A stretch of 47,779 bases of DNA from IMG/VR virus record IMGVR_UViG_3300025316_000002, positions 1 through 47,779 of that record. One strand, 5' to 3'. Of this stretch, positions 1-7,346 are shown in pieces. The notes below the pieces were generated by a model that was not told the origin of the DNA, ran no database searches, and worked only from the letters and a program-made list of their open reading frames with translations. The DNA is from a virus. Position 1 is the first letter of the stretch. Each line of letters begins with the position of its first letter. The position numbers were made by a program, and so were the translations under genes.

Positions 1-127
1 CAACAACCCACTGCTTGCCCATCACGTCCCACGCCACCCACGCGTGCTCCCAATCATGCTCTTCGCCGTACAAGTCAGCGGCTTGCTCGTCCCACATGGG
101 CGCCAGCAGCGGGATAATGCGCCGGTC
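1..127. repeat. Terminal direct repeat copy 1, identical to 47653..47779. This is a circular-assembly overlap.
   Basis: Base-by-base comparison shows the first 127 bases equal the last 127 bases. The repeat cuts through an ORF. Confidence 0.95.
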
Positions 128-217
128 GAACACGACGTGAGCAAGCGGCTGAAGGTTCTCGGGCAGAGCAGCAATCTGCTCATCAGTCAGTAACATGTAG
201 TTCCGTGATCTTCGCAT
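1..217 (-). CDS. Hypothetical protein, N-terminal part of a gene that wraps the window junction. The full gene is join(47432..47652,1..217), about 145 aa.
   Basis: ATG at 215-217 with AAGGAG (224-229) 6 nt upstream. The frame runs off coordinate 1 and stays in frame with ORF 47432..47749 through the repeat. Confidence 0.7.
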   Translation of the reverse strand, partial: MRRSRNYMLLTDEQIAALPENLQPLAHVVFDRRIIPLLAPMWDEQAADLYGEEHDWEHAWVAWDVMGKQWVV

Positions 218-265
218 TGTGTACTCCTTTCAGTACTCGGTTACACTGTGTAGGGATTTCCGATT

Positions 266-511
266 TCACCCCTTCGGGTCAACCCGATCTTCAAACCCGC
301 CAAGTTCCATATACATGGCGAAAATAGCCCGCATGGCCTGCGGGGAAAACGAGATCGTTGTAAGCAAAACGCGCTTCCCCTCCTGCCGCTCTTCGTCTGT
401 CGCTAATCGCCGGGTATTTATCTCCCATCCACCCCCGATTTCCTCCGGTCTGCGATACAACCTCACCCGGCGATTGTGTAGCCTCACCTGCAAACCCTCA
501 ATGTCTGGCAT
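266..511 (-). CDS. Hypothetical protein (81 aa)
   Basis: ATG at 509-511 with GAGGGG 6 nt upstream, directly after the MazG-like stop. The track start at 526 is a TTG. Confidence 0.5.
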   Translation of the reverse strand: MPDIEGLQVRLHNRRVRLYRRPEEIGGGWEINTRRLATDEERQEGKRVLLTTISFSPQAMRAIFAMYMELGGFEDRVDPKG

Positions 512-522
512 GGTATCCCCTC

Positions 523-885
523 TCAAAACGCCTTCCCGTGCTTGTAGGGCCGAGAGGCATTAAAGCGCATTTTCGCGATGATAGCCTGCCCCAACCGCCA
601 GCCGCGGCCCCCGCACAAATCCGCAAGGCGAATGAACAGATCAGCCGCCTCCTCTTCCGCCGCTGAAAAGTCCGGGATATGCTCCGATGGCGGGTTGCCG
701 TGGCGGATTCCCTCCAGCATCTCGGACAGCTCGCTGTGCATGAGCGCGATTAGCTCGCCGTCGTTGCGATCTTCCCCCGCCCAAAATCCGTGCGCAACGG
801 CGTTCTGGTGGCACTCATCGACCAGTTGTTCGACCGCATAATTGAGGTCGTCAATGGTCATTTCGTTAAAATTATCAATCGTCAT
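523..885 (-). CDS. mazG: MazG-like nucleoside triphosphate pyrophosphohydrolase
   Basis: 120 aa all-alpha protein with acidic metal-binding motifs (HSELSEMLEGIR, AEEEAADLFIRLADL) and a C-terminal KMRFNASRPYKHGK, typical of phage MazG-like NTP-PPases. Confidence 0.75.
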   Translation of the reverse strand: MTIDNFNEMTIDDLNYAVEQLVDECHQNAVAHGFWAGEDRNDGELIALMHSELSEMLEGIRHGNPPSEHIPDFSAAEEEAADLFIRLADLCGGRGWRLGQAIIAKMRFNASRPYKHGKAF

Positions 886-911
886 GGTTCTTCCCTTTCC
901 TTTCCGTGCCG

Positions 912-1526
912 TTAGACAACACTAGCGCCACGCTGGCGCGTACTTTTGCCTTCTTTGGTACTTACTGCCATTTGGACATTATCCCTGCCTTGTAGGGGCT
1001 TGTGTGCGGTTTTCTTCGGTGTCTTTCCCTGCGCCTGTTTCGTAATCCACTGCAACCCGGCCAAGTGCGCCACGGCCAGCGCGTCGGCGGCGTGTTCCGT
1101 GACTTCCACCCCGTAGCGGACATTCGCGTACCAGATCACCAATTCCTTCGACGCCCGGCCATTCGTGGCGAATTGTTTTTTAACCGTCATGCCGTTGAGC
1201 GGTTTACTTGGCTTCAACCCGAGAGCTACCAGCAACCCCCGCAGCATCCCCACGGCCCCGGATTGGCCCCGGCGAATCTTCCCGCCGGTTGCGTCGCTTC
1301 GCCCATGCGCTAGGGTAAACGGGTTGTGCTCATGGTATGATCCAACGAAGTCTTTCCCCCGAACCCGGCAAAATCCGAGTACCGCGCTGAATATCGCGAC
1401 CCCCTTGAACGTGCCGAGGTTCACCTCTCCAAAATCAATCACCCTCCAAGGTTGCGCCTCGTCAACCTCCAGCACGGCGTACCCCGTGTGCGTCATCCCC
1501 GGATCGAGTCCTAGAATGTATTTCAT
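912..1526 (-). CDS. ruvC: RuvC-like Holliday junction resolvase
   Basis: N-terminal ILGLDPGMTHTGYAVLE and C-terminal EHAADALAVAHLAG catalytic motifs of the RuvC family. Confidence 0.8.
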   Translation of the reverse strand: MKYILGLDPGMTHTGYAVLEVDEAQPWRVIDFGEVNLGTFKGVAIFSAVLGFCRVRGKDFVGSYHEHNPFTLAHGRSDATGGKIRRGQSGAVGMLRGLLVALGLKPSKPLNGMTVKKQFATNGRASKELVIWYANVRYGVEVTEHAADALAVAHLAGLQWITKQAQGKTPKKTAHKPLQGRDNVQMAVSTKEGKSTRQRGASVV

Positions 1527-1714
1527 CGTTGCCCCTCTTTCTCCCGCGCAAGGTACACCCCCACCGGTTCAATCGTCACCCCGGCGGGTATGCTTCGCCC
1601 CGAGTAAAACGCCGCCAAGGTGTGCAGGTGTACCCCGCAGGCGTCCACGTTCCTGCCGTGGATATGCCACTGTGCCGGGTTTTTACAACCCGCGTAACTG
1701 CATGGTGCTTTCAT
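1523..1714 (-). CDS. Small Cys/His-rich hypothetical protein (63 aa)
   Basis: ATG at 1712-1714 with GGAAAGGGG upstream. It starts 13 nt after the upstream gene stop, and its stop overlaps the ruvC start. Confidence 0.5.
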   Translation of the reverse strand: MKAPCSYAGCKNPAQWHIHGRNVDACGVHLHTLAAFYSGRSIPAGVTIEPVGVYLAREKEGQR

Positions 1715-1727
1715 GGTATCCCCTTTC

Positions 1728-2501
1728 CTACTCAAATAATACTGTCTGATCTGGGCAATCACGCACCCGCGCCTTGCCGCTAATCCACCACGTAAACCAC
1801 TCCTGACCGTCCACGAAGTCGCATGGCAACCCTGCCGCCTTCCGTTGTTTTACGAGGCGGTCTAACGTGCGAATATATGCCGCCGCGATTTTCGGCCAGC
1901 GTTTTGACTCCTTGCGCTGATCGCTCATCGGGCAACAAACACAGCCAATGCGCTTCCATCCCTCATCATACAGCGGGCAGTATGGCACATTATAGGCGCG
2001 AATAAATTCCCATACGTCGGCGTCTGACCAATCAATGATCGGATGGATTAACACCCGGTTGCTCCCCGCGCGTTGGCAGGATTCCACTGATCGGCGTTTC
2101 GCACGTCTCGCTGATTCCGCACGTCGTACCCCCGTGAGCACAATCCTTCCTTTCCCGCCTTGCTCTTTAAGCACCTTGCAGCAATACCGCTGATAACGTA
2201 GAGGAGGGATTTTTTCCCTTTCGATCATTGCCCACATAGTTTCCACGGGTTTGTGTAGCGTTACGCCAGGAAAAAACTCGCGTACAAACCGGACAAGCTC
2301 CGGCGGGTCAACGCTGGTCAGATTCATATGCGCGTCAAACCGTACCCCAGCCATCTCACACAAGCGATGCACGACCACCGAATCCTTCCCACCGCTAAAT
2401 GCTAGGTGATAGCCGTTGACCGGCTCAAATAGCCGCATAAAGTCGATGGCGAGTTGTACACGGTCAATCGTGCCTTCCGTAGTGATTTCCATGAGTGGCA
2501 T
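1728..2501 (-). CDS. PAPS reductase / PP-loop ATP pyrophosphatase family protein (DndC-like fold)
   Basis: SGGKDS PP-loop (LAFSGGKDSVVV) and a C-terminal Cys cluster (RIGCVCCP). ATG at 2499-2501 with GGGGGACGG upstream and a TAATG overlap with the upstream ORF. Confidence 0.75.
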   Translation of the reverse strand: MPLMEITTEGTIDRVQLAIDFMRLFEPVNGYHLAFSGGKDSVVVHRLCEMAGVRFDAHMNLTSVDPPELVRFVREFFPGVTLHKPVETMWAMIEREKIPPLRYQRYCCKVLKEQGGKGRIVLTGVRRAESARRAKRRSVESCQRAGSNRVLIHPIIDWSDADVWEFIRAYNVPYCPLYDEGWKRIGCVCCPMSDQRKESKRWPKIAAAYIRTLDRLVKQRKAAGLPCDFVDGQEWFTWWISGKARVRDCPDQTVLFE

Positions 2502-2683
2502 TACACCGTCCCCCGTTTCTGCGTCCGTTTCGCAACAATCCGCGCGTTGTCGGCATCTTTCGCCGCGCACCAGTCGTCCCACATTTTGATAGCCGCGTCC
2601 CGCAATCTCGCGTTTGCCAGGATATAGCAGTAATGCGGCAGGAGCTTTTCGACGTTTTCGTCGTGGGTGTCAATATAGGTCAT
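2501..2683 (-). CDS. Hypothetical protein (60 aa)
   Basis: ATG at 2681-2683 with GGAGGC 7 nt upstream. Translationally coupled on both sides (ATGA and TAATG overlaps). Confidence 0.55.
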   Translation of the reverse strand: MTYIDTHDENVEKLLPHYCYILANARLRDAAIKMWDDWCAAKDADNARIVAKRTQKRGTV

Positions 2684-2871
2684 CCGCCTAGCCTCCGATC
2701 CGGCCCACCGACCGACACAATCTGCGCTTTCATCCGCCGGCACTCCCGGCAGTCCGTCGTGCGAATTGCCTCTACCCACCACGCCGCGCATTCCAGTCGG
2801 CTAAAATACTGCTTCACGGGTTTATGCCCGCACTTGTGAAGAATGCGCCCGTCCGCGTGTTGCGTCACCAT
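2680..2871 (-). CDS. Small Cys-rich hypothetical protein (63 aa), possible zinc-binding
   Basis: ATG at 2869-2871 overlaps the DnaB stop. Contains CGH...C...CRECRR residues. Confidence 0.45.
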   Translation of the reverse strand: MVTQHADGRILHKCGHKPVKQYFSRLECAAWWVEAIRTTDCRECRRMKAQIVSVGGPDRRLGG

Positions 2872-4301
2872 GTCGAATATACCGCCTCTCTCGCTTGTTG
2901 TTCTGTTTCATAAAACCATGTGCGCTCCGGAACGTAGTAGTTTTTGACGTTCCCGATCCCTCCCCGCCGTTGCTTCGCAATGATAATTTCCGTAGTCGCT
3001 TCGTCGCCGTCCGCGAACCCCGCCGATTTATTCTCCCGCCAATCGCCGTCTTCTCGGAAATAGTAGCCCGGCCGGTAGAGGAATACCGTCGCGTTACTGT
3101 GTTTCACCATGTTTTTCGCATATGCGATATCAGAAAGATGCGGGCGCCGATTTCCGCGTTTACTCATCGCGTCGTTGAACTGCGCGAGCATCACGACCGG
3201 CACCCGCAACTGATTGGCAATAACTTTTTTGGCCGCATCCCCGAGTTTTTGCATACGTTCGATCTCTGTACGGCTTGGGGTATCGGTGTCCATGAGCCCG
3301 AGGTAATCAATAAAAATCATATCGACCCGCTGATGTAACCGACGCTTCCGCGTGATCTTCACCACGTCCGTCGGCGTCAACCGTGACGGGCTAATGATCG
3401 TCAACGGCAACCCGCGATAGTGCCGCGTGGTAAAATCTATCAATCCTAGCATCTCCTGCCGTGATTCGGGATGCCCGATCATCATGCGCAAATCATTCGG
3501 AGGAGTAGGGGATACCGCCGCTATCAGCCGTTCCCCGAGTTCCTCGTGATCCATTTCCAGCGTGTAATAATCCACCGCGTACCCACATTGCGCGGCATGG
3601 TACGCCCACTGCAACGCCTGCGCGGTTTTTCCCATCCCCGTATCTCCAGCTAGGACAATAAGCTGCGAGCGTTGCGCCGGTTTGAGAATCTCGTTTACCG
3701 CCTGGGAATAGTGCGGGATGCCGGGTTCTCGCTTATCATCCCCGGCGCTGAATTGCTCTTCGACGAATTCCTTCGTGCGCGCTAAATACTGGCAGGTAGC
3801 ATCGAAGGCACTGACAGCGATGTTTTCCGCCGGCGGAGGGGTAAGTGCATCAAGTACTTGATAAGCCCCGGTGATAATCTCCTCGATGTTTTCCGCGTCC
3901 GTGGTGTAGGCCCGGTTTATCAGGTCGTGACAGGCATGTATCATCAACCGGCGCCGGGACTTTTCCAGCACCACCTTGCAGTGATGCTCACACGCGGCGG
4001 CAGTCGTTACCTGTGTCTGCAGGGTAAACAGGTAGAGCGTCCCGCCAATCTCCTCCAGGTTTCCATGATCCTGCAACCATTGTGCGAGCGCCTTTGTTTC
4101 GACGAACCGGTGCTCTTCGAAGCATGCCTGCATCCCCTCGAAAATGAGCTGGTGCTTGTGGAAATAGAAATCGTCGGGGGTGAGTGCGTGGACGGCCGTA
4201 ACCACGGCATCACGCTCCAGCAGCATCGACCCGAGTACGGCCTGCTCTGACTCCTGGCTCTGTGGCGGTATCAGATTCGTTGTTTCAGCGGAGGAGAGCA
4301 T
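2865..4301 (-). CDS. dnaB: DnaB-family replicative DNA helicase
   Basis: N-terminal PPQSQESEQAVLGSMLL DnaB signature, Walker A GDTGMGKT, DYLGLM, RecA-like C-terminal domain. GGAGG RBS. Confidence 0.9.
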   Translation of the reverse strand: MLSSAETTNLIPPQSQESEQAVLGSMLLERDAVVTAVHALTPDDFYFHKHQLIFEGMQACFEEHRFVETKALAQWLQDHGNLEEIGGTLYLFTLQTQVTTAAACEHHCKVVLEKSRRRLMIHACHDLINRAYTTDAENIEEIITGAYQVLDALTPPPAENIAVSAFDATCQYLARTKEFVEEQFSAGDDKREPGIPHYSQAVNEILKPAQRSQLIVLAGDTGMGKTAQALQWAYHAAQCGYAVDYYTLEMDHEELGERLIAAVSPTPPNDLRMMIGHPESRQEMLGLIDFTTRHYRGLPLTIISPSRLTPTDVVKITRKRRLHQRVDMIFIDYLGLMDTDTPSRTEIERMQKLGDAAKKVIANQLRVPVVMLAQFNDAMSKRGNRRPHLSDIAYAKNMVKHSNATVFLYRPGYYFREDGDWRENKSAGFADGDEATTEIIIAKQRRGGIGNVKNYYVPERTWFYETEQQAREAVYSTW

Positions 4302-5346
4302 CTTTCGCCTCCGCTTCTCTGCGCATTTGCTCGGTTTGTTCCTTCGCCCGTGCTACCATCGCGCGGAACTGCTCTGCGGTCGGTTGTGGTTTAGGGGCAT
4401 AAAATGCTACCATGCGCTCATGGCGTTGTTGTTCCGTTAGAATTTCTTCGGAGGTATACGCATCCGCCCCTGGAATAATCGGCGCTGATGCTTCGCCGGG
4501 TAAATGCGCCCGGTATACTGCCTTCTCCCCAAGGAAATTTGCCATATTCGTGGCGAAGTCGTCGCACAGGTGCTCACGGGTATAGTGCTTGCAAGCGGCG
4601 ATGATGTCTGCTTCGTCATGTTCGTACACACGCTTGCAGTAATTCGCCCAGGTCTGCTTCCGCTCCCCGTTCCTGCCGTCTGACCGTTGCGGCCAATCCT
4701 GCCACAGGGCAAGGAAAGTGGCGGACGGTGTTTCAGGGATGGAGAGCTTCTCCCGTTTCACCCGTTTAGGTTTATCTGGTTCTTCAACGAGTCCGAGAGA
4801 TAGAGCTGGTGTTTCCGTGGAAACGCCGTTATTATGGTTTGGTTTGGTTTGGTTTGGTACGGTAGCTTCGCACGTGCGCGCACTGTTCGTGCTACGTGCG
4901 TTGCACGTGCATTGCACGTCGTTGTTGTGTGTGTCGCACGTGCAATTTTCTGCTACTGTTTTCTCTTTTCCCGTGGTCTGCACGTGCTGTGATCGTGTTT
5001 GACGCATACGTTCAGCATTCCGTGATTTGCGGTCCATGAGTTTTCCCGCATACTGTTCCCAGTTGTGGAGCACGGTGCTGCCGTGCTGGTCAATATCCAC
5101 CCATCCGCATTGATTAAGCGACTGCATAAGATACACACTATCCCCATCCCATCGCATTACCCGAGCAATGGTGTCTGGTTCAATGTTGCTGATATCTCCA
5201 GTAGGCGCATTATCGAGCGCCCAGGACCACAATGCCGCTAGCCGTCCCACGGTGAGTAATTCGTTTGTGTCTTTGAGCCTTAACGCGAAGGAGTAGGTTT
5301 TTCGGTGCGTGATGAGACTCTGATGTAATTCGATCCAGTACGACAT
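4285..5346 (-). CDS. Putative replisome organizer / replication initiator (DnaD or phage rep-organizer-like)
   Basis: Lies immediately upstream of dnaB and overlaps it. The N-terminal domain resembles phage replisome-organizer N-domains. A central low-complexity linker carries phased DNA iterons. Confidence 0.45.
   Translation of the reverse strand: MSYWIELHQSLITHRKTYSFALRLKDTNELLTVGRLAALWSWALDNAPTGDISNIEPDTIARVMRWDGDSVYLMQSLNQCGWVDIDQHGSTVLHNWEQYAGKLMDRKSRNAERMRQTRSQHVQTTGKEKTVAENCTCDTHNNDVQCTCNARSTNSARTCEATVPNQTKPNHNNGVSTETPALSLGLVEEPDKPKRVKREKLSIPETPSATFLALWQDWPQRSDGRNGERKQTWANYCKRVYEHDEADIIAACKHYTREHLCDDFATNMANFLGEKAVYRAHLPGEASAPIIPGADAYTSEEILTEQQRHERMVAFYAPKPQPTAEQFRAMVARAKEQTEQMRREAEAKDALLR
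4836..4987. repeat. Candidate replication origin: (GGTTT)x4.6 tract followed by six GCACGTGC-type iterons
   Basis: GGTTT tandem at 4836-4858. ACGTG cores start at 4872, 4894, 4905, 4916, 4938 and 4982, so the spacings are 22, 11, 11, 22 and 44 bp. Confidence 0.5.
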
Positions 5347-5370
5347 CGAGGAATACCGCTCTCTGCGGCC

Positions 5371-5407
5371 AACACAAAGGGCCGCTCACCATATCGGCAA
5401 GCGGCCC
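5371..5407 (-). terminator. Intrinsic terminator-like hairpin in the leader of the replication operon
   Basis: On the minus strand, GGGCCGCT-13 nt-AGCGGCCC is followed by TTTGTGTT. It lies about 25 nt upstream of the ATG at 5346. Confidence 0.5.
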
Positions 5408-5551
5408 TGTTGTGAGAATGCCGCCATACCGGGCACTGTGAGTGTCTAGTCCACAGATTACAGCGGTATGGCGGCAGGTAAAAAACTATCGTAAACTGTT
5501 GCGCCGTGTCAATGAGCGATCTCATTAACCCTGTAAACTGGTGGACTAGAC
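5372..5551 (-). promoter_or_regulatory. Highly structured untranslated leader; candidate attenuator or discrete sRNA
   Basis: 12-bp stem 5419-5430/5465-5476, hairpin 5511-5526, and 10-nt long-range complement 5445-5454/5541-5550. No convincing ORF. Confidence 0.4.
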
Positions 5552-5557
5552 AAGGAT

Positions 5558-5586
5558 ATTCTAGCAAATTCAGCCAGGCTTGTCAA
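5558..5586 (-). promoter_or_regulatory. Sigma70-type promoter (P_L4) facing the replication genes
   Basis: Minus strand reads TTGACA (5581-5586), 17 nt, TAGAAT (5558-5563). Confidence 0.6.
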
Positions 5587-5956
5587 CGTTTTCTACCGTA
5601 ATTCCCTTGGCCCGGAGCTCGGCTATCTGCTTCTCGCACTCCTCCAGGCAGTATGTTGCGCTGATTCCCCGCTGCTGCATCGCAATGTTATACGGTGTAT
5701 TTCTCTCGCGCCCAAGTGCGAAGAAACGATTTGATAACCTCCTACACTCGTCGCGGATGGCAATAATCGCCGCGAAGCACTCCGTCACCTCGCACACCAA
5801 CCGGGCATTCTCGCGGATAAGCTCCTGCATAATGTCCCGCTTGCGCTTCGCCGTCTCCCGGCAGCGCGCACGCTGCTGCTCGCGGTTCTCCGCGTACCAT
5901 GCGCGGCACCGCGCGCGGTTCGCATCCCGCGCGGCATCCTCGGGGGTGTATGTCAT
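5570..5956 (-). CDS. Hypothetical protein (128 aa), Arg-rich coiled-coil-like
   Basis: ATG at 5954-5956 with GGGAGG upstream and an ATGA overlap with the DUF1937 gene stop. Confidence 0.55.
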   Translation of the reverse strand: MTYTPEDAARDANRARCRAWYAENREQQRARCRETAKRKRDIMQELIRENARLVCEVTECFAAIIAIRDECRRLSNRFFALGRERNTPYNIAMQQRGISATYCLEECEKQIAELRAKGITVENVDKPG

Positions 5957-6357
5957 AGTAAGCCTCCCTTCGCGTCTACCCATCCGCCTTTGATATACGC
6001 TATCGCCGTTGATATCAGTTTAGGGTTAGTGTAGACAATCGGCTTGTTTTGGCGGTGGAATGCCTCAATCTCCGCCTTGATGCCCACAGACGCTTCCCAT
6101 CCATCCAACGCCAGCACAATGCACCCGTCGCAACACAGGATCATCTCCGCGTTCCACTGCGCCCAATCTTCCCAACTACCGCCGATATCAGGGCACTGAT
6201 CATAGATGCCATGCGAGTGCGCAATCGGGCTAAACACCATGACCCCCGCGCGGATTAATTGGCCGGCGGCCAAGCAGACTTGCGTATACCGCTCCCAGCG
6301 CACAGATGGAGAATAATAGGGCGATGCGAGATACCATAATTTGTTGCCGGTGCTCAT
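5953..6357 (-). CDS. DUF1937-family protein (nucleoside 2-deoxyribosyltransferase-like fold)
   Basis: LWYLASPYYSP...VFSPIAHSH...LDGWEASVGIKAEIE matches the DUF1937 pattern as I remember it. Confidence 0.6.
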   Translation of the reverse strand: MSTGNKLWYLASPYYSPSVRWERYTQVCLAAGQLIRAGVMVFSPIAHSHGIYDQCPDIGGSWEDWAQWNAEMILCCDGCIVLALDGWEASVGIKAEIEAFHRQNKPIVYTNPKLISTAIAYIKGGWVDAKGGLL

Positions 6358-7346
6358 TGTCCATCCTCCCCCGTGATATCGAAGGGCAGCTCTAGTTCCA
6401 GAGCAAAAGGTGCGTCAACCGTTTCCATATTCTTCACAGCCTGTCGATAATACCCGGCTTTCAATTCGATACCGATCCCGCGACGGGCGTGAATCACCGC
6501 GCCATACACTTCTGACCCGACGCCCATGAACGGGGTAAGCACCGTCTCACCTGGGTTACTGCGCATGATCACACACCGCTCAATTACGTCCAATTGCAGT
6601 GGGTGAACGTGCTTTTCATCCTCCTCGTCGCGGGCTTCAATGAAGGGAAGCACATTATCCATGCGGATATCATCCCAAATTGACGACGCATATTGACGCC
6701 AAACCCAATGCGAGTATATATTTTCGATTTGGTTGCCGGTGTACCCGCGATAGCTGAGAAGATTTTGCGGAACATCGCGTTCCCCGATGTATTGGAGCAA
6801 ACCGTTTTCGTGTGTTACTGGTATCGGGTTGTCGCCTTTTTTGCGTAGGATTAACAGGTGATCTGCACCAGCCACGCCACAATTAATTGAGTCCTCGCAG
6901 AGTGCTTTGTGCATGAGGTTTTTCTGCATCGTGCGATTGCGCACCGCCAACGGTTCTTTCCAGATAAAATGTCGGCAGGCCAATTCAAACCCTAATTCCT
7001 CGTGGAGGCGGATGATGTCTCCAGGAAAATCGGTATACGCATCTTTCCCGCTATTGCCCTTCGGTACGTCCATGCAATGTACCGCTGTAATTCTTCCCGG
7101 CAAGGTCAGTCGCGCAATCTGTTCGACCACATAGCGGTACTGTTGGAAAAACATTGCGTAATCGTCACAGTTCGACAAGTCCCGCTCGTGGCTGGAATAG
7201 GTGTAGAGCGCCCCGTTTCCCGTGGCAAACGGCGGAGAGTAGATAGATAGGTGGATGCTTTCATCCGGCAACGTGCGCAAAACTTCCATACAATCTGAGT
7301 TGAAAATCGCGAAACGGTCTGTTATAAGCTGATCGTGGACAGCCAT
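6354..7346 (-). CDS. Beta-class N4/N6 DNA methyltransferase
   Basis: Catalytic SPPF (IYSPPFATG) lies N-terminal to the SAM motif TPFMGVGSEV. GGAGG RBS. ATGA overlap with the downstream gene. Confidence 0.85.
   Translation of the reverse strand: MAVHDQLITDRFAIFNSDCMEVLRTLPDESIHLSIYSPPFATGNGALYTYSSHERDLSNCDDYAMFFQQYRYVVEQIARLTLPGRITAVHCMDVPKGNSGKDAYTDFPGDIIRLHEELGFELACRHFIWKEPLAVRNRTMQKNLMHKALCEDSINCGVAGADHLLILRKKGDNPIPVTHENGLLQYIGERDVPQNLLSYRGYTGNQIENIYSHWVWRQYASSIWDDIRMDNVLPFIEARDEEDEKHVHPLQLDVIERCVIMRSNPGETVLTPFMGVGSEVYGAVIHARRGIGIELKAGYYRQAVKNMETVDAPFALELELPFDITGEDGQ

Noticed and set aside
1-127. Interpretation of the terminal repeat as a biological direct terminal repeat or cos region
   Set aside because: The repeat lies inside a coding sequence and its length equals a common assembler k-mer size (127). 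It is most simply a circularisation artefact, though only read mapping can settle this.
219-563. 114-aa plus-strand ORF at the left end
   Set aside because: It is antisense to the 81-aa ORF and MazG-like genes and to the start of the wrap-around gene. It has a GTG start, no RBS and a Ser/Arg-rich translation.
5280-5567. 95-aa ORF across the structured leader upstream of the replisome-organizer gene
   Set aside because: The peptide is Cys/Arg/Trp-rich. It overlaps the organizer gene out of frame by about 67 nt and has a poor RBS. The region is better explained as a structured RNA leader.
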